From a virus (lineage: Duplodnaviria; Caudoviricetes), in IMG/VR virus record IMGVR_UViG_3300033073_000410, positions 51,485-115,484 of that record: a stretch of 64,000 nt of DNA; one strand, 5' to 3'. Positions 9,381 to 18,901 of this stretch are shown here, piece after piece. The notes under the pieces are model-generated. The model was not told where the DNA came from. It made no database searches and saw nothing but the letters and a program-made list of their open reading frames with translations. The position numbers and the translations under genes were made by a program. Position 1 is the stretch's first letter. Each line of letters begins with the position of its first letter.

Positions 9381-9887
9381 TTATTTAAGAAACTCGTCTA
9401 TCGACAAGTCATAGTGTAAACTATTTATACGGTGTACCCCCATTAGATACAATACATAACTAGACACACTTGATCCTCTGCCCACTCCCCAAACTACGTT
9501 ATGTTTTCTCATTGTATCAACCAAATACTTTAGATAACGCAATAGCATGAACAAATCACGCTCTTGGAACTTGAGCAGTTCATCACCCACTCGTTGTAAC
9601 TCTGATTCGGTTTCGCACAAGTCTAATACGTATTTGGCAATATCAAAGTCAACATATTCTTCTGGGAGGAACCAAACACTCTGATTCTTCAAATCAAAGT
9701 TCTCTACTGAACCCGATGGCTTTTGATAGACTGAGAAACTTGGTTTGTTGTCTAAGTCCAATACCTCTGGGATTTGTAATATAGATTCAACCAATGCACG
9801 TTTGACTGTTCTATCTGGGTTTTTAAGATAGAACTCGCACAGGTCGTTTTCGGTCAATACTTGTTGACCATAGTTATCATTACGCAT
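9381..9887 (-). CDS. dnaE: DNA polymerase III alpha (DnaE)-like fragment, N-terminal half of the palm
   Basis: RVGDEL...LVDTMRKHNVVWGVGRGSSVSSYVLYLMGVHRINSLHYDLSIDEFL matches DnaE GPGRGSxAGSLVAYxLGITxxDPLxYxLxFERFL. Confidence 0.85.
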   Translation of the reverse strand: MRNDNYGQQVLTENDLCEFYLKNPDRTVKRALVESILQIPEVLDLDNKPSFSVYQKPSGSVENFDLKNQSVWFLPEEYVDFDIAKYVLDLCETESELQRVGDELLKFQERDLFMLLRYLKYLVDTMRKHNVVWGVGRGSSVSSYVLYLMGVHRINSLHYDLSIDEFLK

Positions 9888-9893
9888 TGATAT

Positions 9894-9922
9894 AGTATAA
9901 CAGGTTTATACTAGAATTTCAA
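9894..9922 (-). promoter_or_regulatory. sigma70-type promoter, predicted leaderless
   Basis: TTGAAA-N17-TATACT-N6-ATG. Confidence 0.65.
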
Positions 9923-9925
9923 CTG

Positions 9926-10540
9926 TTATGTTTCCGTTTTGTTATCAAAACTTGCGAACAACACTTCTGAATTGGGCGTTAATGTTTTGGTCTTGTTGTT
10001 GTCCCAAGCCAAATAGATATCTGACCAATCTGTTTTGGGCTTAACTAACTTAACAACTTTCTTAGAAGAATTCTTAACTTTAACATCATTGATTTTACAT
10101 GAGCATTCATTCCACCATCCGTGTGACATAAAGGGTCCGATGTTATCTTCTACTTCAACCATGCAACTTACACCATCGCTCAATGCAGAACCAATTTGAA
10201 TATCAGTGAGTAATAGTCTGCCCTCAGCGATTGCGTTTATCTTTACCATTAGCATGATACCAATCACTTGGTCATACGGATCTTCAGGTAATGAACACAC
10301 TTTTAGATTTGCACTACTATACTTTTCAATCATTTGAGTTTCTGATTGGTTGATAAAGATTGCATCAGTTAACACTTCATGTACTAAGTGTTTGATTCTT
10401 TCGAGCGCAATGTTTTGTTCTTCAATCGATTCAGTACCCACATTCATTGTCAAGTCAATGTCATATGAATTCATAAAGAACGAACCACTGAAGTACGCAC
10501 CAGCTAAGAAATTTAAGTTTGTACAAACTCTTGCTGTCAT
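9926..10540 (-). CDS. Hypothetical protein, possibly a degenerate QueD/PTPS-like T-fold
   Basis: ORF; pattern resemblance only. Confidence 0.55.
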   Translation of the reverse strand: MTARVCTNLNFLAGAYFSGSFFMNSYDIDLTMNVGTESIEEQNIALERIKHLVHEVLTDAIFINQSETQMIEKYSSANLKVCSLPEDPYDQVIGIMLMVKINAIAEGRLLLTDIQIGSALSDGVSCMVEVEDNIGPFMSHGWWNECSCKINDVKVKNSSKKVVKLVKPKTDWSDIYLAWDNNKTKTLTPNSEVLFASFDNKTET

Positions 10541-10776
10541 TTTGAACTTTCAACGTTGATTTGATTTTGGGCGTTCTGCTTTTTAAACAACTCGTCCATT
10601 TTACTAGCGTATACGGCTCTGTAGTTTTCTAGTACCATTTGAATTTGATAGACTAGTGCCGCATTGCGGGTGCGTGAGGCAAAATTGAGTTTATCCGTTA
10701 AATCAGTAATCTTCTTACCAATTTCGTCTAAACTCAACTGTGCTATTTCATTGTTATCGATGAAGGGATGTTGCAT
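10537..10776 (-). CDS. Hypothetical helical protein, 79 aa
   Basis: ORF; TAAATA 5 nt before ATG. Confidence 0.7.
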   Translation of the reverse strand: MQHPFIDNNEIAQLSLDEIGKKITDLTDKLNFASRTRNAALVYQIQMVLENYRAVYASKMDELFKKQNAQNQINVESSK

Positions 10777-10813
10777 GAAAATATTTAGTAGTCAGCAACC
10801 GGCTAAAACTATT

Positions 10814-11626
10814 TTAGCTAATAACGTATAACGGCATCCTACCCCAAATTGGTGTTTCACCGTCATATGGCCCCACGCATAGGTACATATATTGCCCGTC
10901 TGAACAGATAGTTCCGGGACCGTCACCAGGTAGACCAATCGGATCAGTGATAGAACGTAGATTCAATCCGCCTGCTTTTTGGTTTCTGTTTACTGGGTAA
11001 ATATCAAGTGTTGTTCCACAATCAAGTGATGATATATTGTACACCATTAATGACACTCCATTTGGAACTCCAGTTTGATTACTAAATACACCAGGTGCTA
11101 GATATTGAGAACCATAGTTTTCTAATTGCTGTACACTCGGAGTTGGTCCACTTAATAACTCACCTGTATCAGTATCATGGGTAGATGGAGGGAATGTAAT
11201 AACTGTACCTTCTTCCACAATTAAACGAATTTGAATTTCAGTTTGAACCACCTTGCTACCAGTAGTAGATGGCCAGTTATCAAAGTAGATAGTTACTGGT
11301 CCGGATACTGTACCATATTGTACGTCACCTTTAGAAACATCAACTACAATAGTTCCCTCTAAAGCACTACCCAAATGGTATGAACTCTTTCTGTATGTTT
11401 TAGTTTCTACGTTAGAGATTTGTCCTCCACCCATATCATTGTTAAGAGCAGTACCATTCAATGCACTTTTAACTAGGACTTTAGATTGCAAGTCTGTTAG
11501 TTCATCTTTAGTAATGTCTAAGTTGTTTTTGATTGAGCCAAAGTTGTCTCTGAATCCCTGCGAAGAATTGTTGATTCCCGGTACAGGGTAATTGATGTTC
11601 ATTCCGTTTGTGTTAATATCACTCAT
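10814..11626 (-). CDS. Baseplate/tail-fibre-associated structural protein
   Basis: N-terminal NNSSQGFRDNFGSIK attachment-like motif; C-terminal GDGPGTICSDGQYMYLCV...WGR. Confidence 0.65.
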   Translation of the reverse strand: MSDINTNGMNINYPVPGINNSSQGFRDNFGSIKNNLDITKDELTDLQSKVLVKSALNGTALNNDMGGGQISNVETKTYRKSSYHLGSALEGTIVVDVSKGDVQYGTVSGPVTIYFDNWPSTTGSKVVQTEIQIRLIVEEGTVITFPPSTHDTDTGELLSGPTPSVQQLENYGSQYLAPGVFSNQTGVPNGVSLMVYNISSLDCGTTLDIYPVNRNQKAGGLNLRSITDPIGLPGDGPGTICSDGQYMYLCVGPYDGETPIWGRMPLYVIS

Positions 11627-11646
11627 ATTATTTTTCCGTGAAGTAT

Positions 11647-13800
11647 TTAGTATGTGTTCTTGGGTAGAATCGTTTTCTCTGGGAACACGACTACCAAATC
11701 ATTTGTGTCTAGTGGATACGGTGTGGGTGTTGCGCTTGGCAATTCAGACCACCCTGGCATTGAAGTCATATATGGATTCCAGTTGAACGTACTACTCTTA
11801 TCGATAATATATCTATCGACAGTAAATTCTACTTTGTTTAACGGGAACGTAATATTATTAATGATATTATCTCTAATAGTGCTTGATGCCCCTTCTACTG
11901 TGTAGCATATGACCCAAGCAGGAATATACCCTAGAATAGAACCGTCTACTTGCTGACTAGTCATCCACTTTGGCAATATATTACTATCTAAGTTTTCACC
12001 CAACACAGAAGCAACGTGTGCTCTCATGTTTTTCAATCCAGCCGGATACAATGTTCTAACTGTGCCAGGCGATAAACTAGTATTGTATTTGTTATCAAAT
12101 GAATTGCTAGTATAGATATCTCCAGCGCCAGTATCATAAGGGCCTAAGTTTCTACTAATCGGAACTTCCCAGAAAACACTCTTACTTGATGCATCGGCTT
12201 CGTTGATAATATCACAGTATACAACTTCGTACAAAATGTTTCCATTTGTATCTTTAGCAATCGCAGTCTTTACATCACCTATTAACAAATTGATATCAGA
12301 ATGATTTCTACCCATCGCTGACAAATATGTTTCTAAACTAGTTGACTCTACCCCGTAGATGTGTACGAAAGAGACCATAGATGACTTACCAAAGTAAGGA
12401 TCTTCGGGTCTATATAATAACTCTGTAGGGAATATATTTTCATCATTCAACAAGTTATTCAATAGTTTACGCTGCGGGACTCCGGGAGCCGCTTTAATGT
12501 ATACGTTCTCGATAGGTTTGTCGTAGTACTGTTCAACAGTCAACGTGAACGTTTTAGTCCCATTCAACATATTGTAATCTGTATTATACGCTTGAACAGC
12601 AAATATGAATTCTGTTTTGTTACCAGTCTTTGTTAATGTCTCATTCGGTTGAAACGATGTTCTTCCCATGATGTGACCTGTATCTGAAATTGACAAGTTA
12701 GGTGGAAGTGATCCGTGAACTAATCTATATTGCAACGGCAAAGCTGATGTTGCTTGAATAGACAAATCACTTATAGTTCCGTTATAGATAATACCCAAGT
12801 TACTTGGTGATACCCATTCAATGTCTTGTACTACTTCTTTACGTACAGCAAAGAAATATTCAGAGAACTCACTGAAAATTGACGGGTTATCTAATTTTGC
12901 TACTCTTACATTGAACTTGTACTTACTGATACCCTTTGATGAAAGAACTGGTCTTCCACTAATCCAACCAGTTTTAGTATCACCTACTAATCCTAGAGGT
13001 AGTTCATTGTATTCGTATACAAATTCACCATTGTCAAAGTCTTTACCGATAATTTTAAATGTGATGAATGCACCACTGTCAACATAGATAGTATCCTCAT
13101 TGATTAAGTAATAATCAAAGAAAGGATCACTGCTACTCAATGGCAATGATAGTGGTCTACTATTTAAGATAACAGGTGGCCTAGTGTTAGTAGGATGCGT
13201 GAATCTATGATTGCGAACAGTGATTGAGTATATACAAGTGTGAGTACCCAATGAACTCTTAAGAGCTACTGTAAAATCGTATGTTTTAATTACTGGAATC
13301 TGACCATTAAGAGGCGGAGTCGCATATCCTCTGATTACCCCAGATGTTGTCAAGTCAAGTCCCGGTGGCAATGCCCCCGATGTAACTACCACTTCAACTT
13401 GCTCATTTAATGGGTTGGAATATTGTAGCTGAAACTCTGTCCACTTACTATCAACAATATTTAAAATCTGACCTTTAGGGGTAGTGAACGTGGGCTTTTG
13501 AATGCCTGCAACAGTAATTGAGAATGTTCTATCTTTAAAATCCCCAAACTCATCGGTAATTCTAATAGTAAAATCAAACGTAGTATCTACGTTTAACAGT
13601 TTAGGCAGACCTGAAATCAATCCTTCTGTTGATAATGATAAATCATTTACTTGACCAGTAGGCAATGATCCACTTATAATTGCAAATGTTAAATTAGTTG
13701 CAGGTGCAACTGCCGCAGCCTGCAACTGTATGCCAATGTGACTGTTAGATGGGTATGAGCCCAAGTTACCTGCATCGGTTAACCAAACTGGTTGAGCCAT
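11647..13800 (-). CDS. Baseplate wedge-like protein with Ig-like (He_PIG-type) repeats
   Basis: Repeated SGSLPxGLxLxxxGxIxGxP units; C-terminal LPKWM...GYIPAWVICY. Confidence 0.7.
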   Translation of the reverse strand: MAQPVWLTDAGNLGSYPSNSHIGIQLQAAAVAPATNLTFAIISGSLPTGQVNDLSLSTEGLISGLPKLLNVDTTFDFTIRITDEFGDFKDRTFSITVAGIQKPTFTTPKGQILNIVDSKWTEFQLQYSNPLNEQVEVVVTSGALPPGLDLTTSGVIRGYATPPLNGQIPVIKTYDFTVALKSSLGTHTCIYSITVRNHRFTHPTNTRPPVILNSRPLSLPLSSSDPFFDYYLINEDTIYVDSGAFITFKIIGKDFDNGEFVYEYNELPLGLVGDTKTGWISGRPVLSSKGISKYKFNVRVAKLDNPSIFSEFSEYFFAVRKEVVQDIEWVSPSNLGIIYNGTISDLSIQATSALPLQYRLVHGSLPPNLSISDTGHIMGRTSFQPNETLTKTGNKTEFIFAVQAYNTDYNMLNGTKTFTLTVEQYYDKPIENVYIKAAPGVPQRKLLNNLLNDENIFPTELLYRPEDPYFGKSSMVSFVHIYGVESTSLETYLSAMGRNHSDINLLIGDVKTAIAKDTNGNILYEVVYCDIINEADASSKSVFWEVPISRNLGPYDTGAGDIYTSNSFDNKYNTSLSPGTVRTLYPAGLKNMRAHVASVLGENLDSNILPKWMTSQQVDGSILGYIPAWVICYTVEGASSTIRDNIINNITFPLNKVEFTVDRYIIDKSSTFNWNPYMTSMPGWSELPSATPTPYPLDTNDLVVVFPEKTILPKNTY

Positions 13801-13803
13801 GAA

Positions 13804-14433
13804 TTATCCTTGATGTTGAAGTAGATCCAACACTAAATGATAGTGGTGTTGTCTGTCTTCCAAACCAATTGTACCTCCATTGATACGTTTTGTTAATGTA
13901 ACAAAATCGTCTTTGTCGCAATATTGATTCAAATTATTGTTATCCCAGAACCAACCAGCAGAGCTAACAGCACCAGCAGGTGTTTCTAAGTATGCAACAG
14001 TTTCTTCGATTGAGATACCCAAATCTTCAGCAAACTTTGTATAGTTAGCACGACCAGTCAATTGAATCAAGCCACGGCCACAGAAACGATATCCGTCGCC
14101 ACTTGCTTCGTCACCGTTGTTCATGCGATTGGCATAAACACGATTAGCAATCTTCTCTGGTTGACGCTCATATGCTTTCGCTGTTGCTTCATCAGGGAAG
14201 TACTTTTTGAAAGTACCCATCAAACCCTTTGCGCCATAGTTCAAATTTTCTTTAACAAAGTTAAAGCCACCTGATTCATGCGCTACTTGTGCTAAGAAAC
14301 CTGCAATACGATGTGGGTTATCATACATGTCATAGTATTCTGCTACTTCATGTAGTGGTTCAGCATACAATTCTAATACTGAACGTTTTGTCTTTGGGCA
14401 TAGTGCCTGTAATAATTCTACTGTTACTCTCAT
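13804..14433 (-). CDS. Glycoside hydrolase family 19 lysozyme/endolysin
   Basis: FLAQVAHESGGF, ENLNY, GRGLIQLTGRANY, AGWFW, INGGTIGLEDR. Confidence 0.92.
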   Translation of the reverse strand: MRVTVELLQALCPKTKRSVLELYAEPLHEVAEYYDMYDNPHRIAGFLAQVAHESGGFNFVKENLNYGAKGLMGTFKKYFPDEATAKAYERQPEKIANRVYANRMNNGDEASGDGYRFCGRGLIQLTGRANYTKFAEDLGISIEETVAYLETPAGAVSSAGWFWDNNNLNQYCDKDDFVTLTKRINGGTIGLEDRQHHYHLVLDLLQHQG

Positions 14434-14448
14434 AACTTCTCCTTAATA

Positions 14449-17400
14449 TTATGCGTACACGCCTGTCATTGCATACCACTGTGTAGTTGATGCTGATATA
14501 AACATTAATCTTGCTCCAGGAGCTAATGGATATGATGAACCGGCTGCAATATTTTCAATAGCTACTGAACCTGAACTAGGCCATACTCTTAATGTAGCTG
14601 ATGTTGTGTTTACAATAATCACTGTCATACCTGCGCTTGCTGGCAATTTAACTCCGTCATTGACACTAGCTGTTGCACTTGTAACAATGTTAATATCTTT
14701 CGTTAACTGTGTTGCACCTGCCAGTGTTGTTCCTGCGGCTGCAACACCTCCACCTATACTTCTCAATAGATAACCACCGACGCTTAACTCTGAACCACTG
14801 TGTGAAATGTTTCCACTTACGTTTAGCGCAGTCAATGTGCCAATACTAGTCAAGTTAGTTGCAGTCACAATGTTAGGCTGTGATGTTGCAGTCACACTTG
14901 CTGATGTACCAGTTGTGTTTTGGTTCAATGTAGGTATGACTGATACGGACAATGTACCTGAAGTAATGTTACTTGCATTCATTGACTGTAATGCTGCACC
15001 GTTACCGTAGATATTACCCGTAATGTTAGCACCACTGATGTTGCCTACTACACTTAAAATACCACCGATGTTTGCGTTAGCGGTTACGATGTGATTACCA
15101 CCTACTGCATGGTCTCCTAATACGTTTACGTTGCCGCCGCCCGTTACTCTACCTAAAGCGCCTGACGCTGTTGTTAATGGACCACCTGTGATAGTCAACA
15201 CAACTTGCGTAGCGTTCGCAGAAGCTACTGATTTACCAGTCATGTTCCATGCCGCTGTATTGAAGCCAACTGTGTTCACAGATTGTCCAATGGAGAACGG
15301 AGTATAACCTTGGTCAGCATAAGTTAATGTCGCTGCCGTTGCGTTTGACGATACTGCGGTTACTACAATGTTAGACCCGATGTTTAATAATCCACCGATA
15401 TTCGTGTTTGTAGTAACGTTGTGATTACCTACAACTGCATGGTTTCCACCAACCGATGAGTTACCTGAAATACTTGCGCTACCAGTAGCTACAATATGTT
15501 GAATGCCTACGTTACCGATGTTAGCATTACCAGTGACGTTAAGTACTCCGGCAGTTGAAATGTTTCCACTGCTTATATTACCGGTTGCAACAACATGCAA
15601 TGTTCCTAGGTTACCAGTATTTGCATTCGATTGTACTGAAAGTGTTCCACTTACTGCGTGGTTTCCGCCAACAGTATGGTCGCCTGCAACCGATAAATTG
15701 CCACCGCCGACTAGCCTACCCATAACTGTTGCAGTAGCTAGAGGTCCACCTGTGATAGTGTATACTACTTGCGTTGCGTTAGCAGATATTACAGATTTGT
15801 TAATACCGTTCCAAGCACTTGGGGTGAAGCCACTTACAGTAATCAGTTGACCTACTGTGAAAGGTGTAAAGCCTTGGTCTGCGTAAGTTAGTGTAGCAGC
15901 CGTAGCATTTGATGTCGCTGTCAATACCGTAATGTTTGCACCAATTGCGTGATTACCACCTACTGCTGTATTTGATGTAACAAAGTGATTCGAACCGACA
16001 GTGTGATTGCCTGACACTAATGCAGAGCCTGTTGCTACAAAGTGAGTAGTACCTACGTTACCGATGTTGGCATTACCGGTAACAGCGATTCTACCACTAA
16101 TATTTGCATTACCACTTGCTTCAAAGTGAGTAGTACCTAAGTTACCTGTATTAGCATTACCGGTAATAGTAGCACCACCTGCAATGTTAGCATTACCACT
16201 TGCTATAAAGTGAGTAGTACCTAAGTTACCTATGTTTGCATTGCCGCTGATGTTTGCATTGCCACTTGCTACGAAGTGAGTAGTGCCCAAGTTACCTGTA
16301 TTTGCGTTACCTGAAACAAATATCTTACCTGCAATGTTAGCATTGCCACTTGCTTCAAAGTGAGTAGTGCCCAAGTTACCTGTATTTGCGTTACCTGAAA
16401 CAAATATCTTACCTGCAATGTTAGCATTACCACTTGCTTCAAGGTGTGTTGTACCTACGTTACCAACTGTAGCATTACCTGAAATAGTGGCTGCACCACT
16501 GATACTAGTATTTCCACCGACAGTATGGTCGCCAGCTAATGTCAAGTTGCCGCCGCCGGCTACTCTACCTGCAACTGTTTGAGGACCTGCAGTAGTTCCT
16601 GCAAAAGTAACTGACGTAGCGTTTGCCGCAAGAACAGTTTTTGTACCGTTAAATCCAATTGGAGTTACACCCGATACAACAACAGATGCACCAACTGCAA
16701 ATGGGGTGAAGCCTTGGTCGGCAAATGTTACTGTTGAATTCCCACCTGAACTAGATGCACCTGTTGTTACTAAATTAGAACCGACGGAAACAGTTCCGCC
16801 AATCGCTGTGTTTGATGTGACATTATGATTTCCACCGATGCTCATTGCACCGTTAGATGTTACATTACCTGCGACAATGTTACCACTTGCGTTTAAATGT
16901 GTTGTGCCTACGTTACCAACTGTAGCATTGCCTGTGATGTTAGCAGAACCACTTGCGTTTAAATGTGTTGTGCCTACGTTACCAACTGTAGCATTGCCTG
17001 TGATGTTAGCAGAACCCGAAGCAACAAAGTGAGTAGTACCTAAGTTACCTGTATTAGCATTACCTGTAACAACAATCTTACCACTAATGTTAGCGTTGCC
17101 ACTTGCTTCAATGTGAGTAGTACCTAAGTTACCTGCGTTAGCGTTACCAGTTACCACAATTGCACCGCTAATGTTAGCGTTGCCACTTGCTTCGATATGT
17201 GTAGTACCAATGTTACCTGCGTTAGCGTTACCAGTAACAGACATAGCGCCACTGATGTTTGCGTTACCGCTAGCTACAACATGTGTTACACCAATGTTAC
17301 CTGCGTTAGCGTTACCTGTTACTTTTAAGATACCAGCAACGTTTGCGTTACCGGTAGCTTCAACGTGACGAATACCGATGTTACCAATGTTGGCGTTACC

Positions 17401-18804
17401 AGTTACTTTCAAAATACCGGATACGTTTGCATTACCAGAGGCTTCTAAGTGACGAGTACCGATGTTACCTGCATTGGCATTGCCGGCTACTGATAATATA
17501 CCTGGAGTAACCAAGTTAGCACCTTGTAAGTTACCAGTAGCAATCAAGTTAGCACCTTGCACATCACCTGATGCAAGAATGTTAGTTGTACCTACATTAC
17601 CTAAGTTAGCGTTACCACCTACGTATAAGATACCTGATGTACCAAGATTGCCAACGTTAGCATTACCCGAAACGTTTAGCAAACCAGGGGTTGTAATGTT
17701 ACCAGCATCAACGTTGCCAGTAGCAACAACGTTTAATGTACCAATGTTACCGGCATTTGCATTACCAGAAACTTGCAGAACACCAGAAGCAACTAAGTTA
17801 GCACTGTGTACGTTACCCGAAATAGAAAGAATGTTACTTGCTTTACTGAACGTGAATCCAGGAAGAGCAGCAGCAACGCCGCCGTCATTGAAAAGAATTT
17901 CCGTGTCTTGTCCAGGTGGTGTGATGTTACCACCGACTAAGTTACCGGTAATGTTACCTGCAACGAATTCTTGAAGTACAGTCATTGTTTGTACTTGCAA
18001 TGAACCTTGAACTTGCAATGATGTTAACGTACCGACACTAGTAATGTTTGGCTGACTTGAACTTGTAACTTGAGTAGCAGTCAATGCTGGACCCATGAAG
18101 TTACCATAGTAATAGTTAGCATCAACTCTATTACCCAAACGAGCATTACCAGAGTTAACGTTAGCACTAGTAGTAATGTTTCCTGAACCTGTGAAAGCAC
18201 CAGTTAAAGTTAATGCGTTACCAGTGAATGTCAGGTTCTGACTAGCTGCCATGTTACCTTGGTTGTTGAACAAGATTTGTGTGTTTGAACCAGGGGCAGA
18301 ATATGTAACAGCAGAAATAGATGGAGTTACAATGTTACCGATGAAATAAGGAGCAGTAATGTTACCGGTACTTGTTAAGCTAGTTAATGTACCTACTGAC
18401 GTAATGTTTGGTTGTGAACCTGAGTTAGCAGTTAATCTACCTGATAAGTTAGTAGCTGCAACGCTAGTTAATGTAATAGAATCTTTAAGACCGATAACGA
18501 ACGGGGTAACGTTCGCTCTAGTGTCAGTAATCGTTGCTACGCTACCTGATGCAGTTCCTACACCAACTTGCATGTTGTTTGTAGTCTGAATAGTGATAGA
18601 CGGCATTAACGCACTAATAGTTACGTTACCTGTACTGCGGTTAACTGCAATACCAGCGCCTGCTGCCGCGCTTACAACACCCGTTGATAGCGTTACGCCG
18701 TATAATTCTGTGAAGTTGTTTTGAACTTTACCAAACGCTGAACGAATTGAGTCCGCATCAGAGTCATTCGGAAAAGCACCTGTGTTAATATTTTGTTGAG
18801 ACAT
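14449..18804 (-). CDS. Long repeat-rich tail fibre, 1451 aa
   Basis: N-terminal PNDSDADSIRSAFGKVQNNF, QPNITSVGTL motifs, many GNANxGN repeats. Confidence 0.85.
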   Translation of the reverse strand: MSQQNINTGAFPNDSDADSIRSAFGKVQNNFTELYGVTLSTGVVSAAAGAGIAVNRSTGNVTISALMPSITIQTTNNMQVGVGTASGSVATITDTRANVTPFVIGLKDSITLTSVAATNLSGRLTANSGSQPNITSVGTLTSLTSTGNITAPYFIGNIVTPSISAVTYSAPGSNTQILFNNQGNMAASQNLTFTGNALTLTGAFTGSGNITTSANVNSGNARLGNRVDANYYYGNFMGPALTATQVTSSSQPNITSVGTLTSLQVQGSLQVQTMTVLQEFVAGNITGNLVGGNITPPGQDTEILFNDGGVAAALPGFTFSKASNILSISGNVHSANLVASGVLQVSGNANAGNIGTLNVVATGNVDAGNITTPGLLNVSGNANVGNLGTSGILYVGGNANLGNVGTTNILASGDVQGANLIATGNLQGANLVTPGILSVAGNANAGNIGTRHLEASGNANVSGILKVTGNANIGNIGIRHVEATGNANVAGILKVTGNANAGNIGVTHVVASGNANISGAMSVTGNANAGNIGTTHIEASGNANISGAIVVTGNANAGNLGTTHIEASGNANISGKIVVTGNANTGNLGTTHFVASGSANITGNATVGNVGTTHLNASGSANITGNATVGNVGTTHLNASGNIVAGNVTSNGAMSIGGNHNVTSNTAIGGTVSVGSNLVTTGASSSGGNSTVTFADQGFTPFAVGASVVVSGVTPIGFNGTKTVLAANATSVTFAGTTAGPQTVAGRVAGGGNLTLAGDHTVGGNTSISGAATISGNATVGNVGTTHLEASGNANIAGKIFVSGNANTGNLGTTHFEASGNANIAGKIFVSGNANTGNLGTTHFVASGNANISGNANIGNLGTTHFIASGNANIAGGATITGNANTGNLGTTHFEASGNANISGRIAVTGNANIGNVGTTHFVATGSALVSGNHTVGSNHFVTSNTAVGGNHAIGANITVLTATSNATAATLTYADQGFTPFTVGQLITVSGFTPSAWNGINKSVISANATQVVYTITGGPLATATVMGRLVGGGNLSVAGDHTVGGNHAVSGTLSVQSNANTGNLGTLHVVATGNISSGNISTAGVLNVTGNANIGNVGIQHIVATGSASISGNSSVGGNHAVVGNHNVTTNTNIGGLLNIGSNIVVTAVSSNATAATLTYADQGYTPFSIGQSVNTVGFNTAAWNMTGKSVASANATQVVLTITGGPLTTASGALGRVTGGGNVNVLGDHAVGGNHIVTANANIGGILSVVGNISGANITGNIYGNGAALQSMNASNITSGTLSVSVIPTLNQNTTGTSASVTATSQPNIVTATNLTSIGTLTALNVSGNISHSGSELSVGGYLLRSIGGGVAAAGTTLAGATQLTKDINIVTSATASVNDGVKLPASAGMTVIIVNTTSATLRVWPSSGSVAIENIAAGSSYPLAPGARLMFISASTTQWYAMTGVYA
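16040..17480 (-). repeat. Coding tandem repeats of 22 and 28 aa, including near-exact 66-nt and 84-nt DNA duplications
   Basis: GSANITGNATVGNVGTTHLNAS x2 (about 16882-17015); NANTGNLGTTHFxASGNANIAGKIFVSG x2 (about 16276-16440). Confidence 0.85.
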
Positions 18805-18854
18805 TTCTAATACACCTTATTATGTATTTATCGTTGTTTAAAATACAGATACCC

Positions 18855-18884
18855 AAAAAAATAGCCCACCGAAGTGAGCTATTT
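18855..18884 (-). terminator. Intrinsic terminator with a C(UUCG)G tetraloop
   Basis: Minus strand ATAGCTCAC-TTCG-GTGGGCTAT-TTTTTT. Confidence 0.85.
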
Positions 18885-18901
18885 CAAGTACGGTTTTGTT
18901 A

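Noticed and set aside
16040-17480. CRISPR array or DGR template/variable repeats
   Set aside because: Repeats are in-frame coding units of the fibre; no reverse transcriptase in the window
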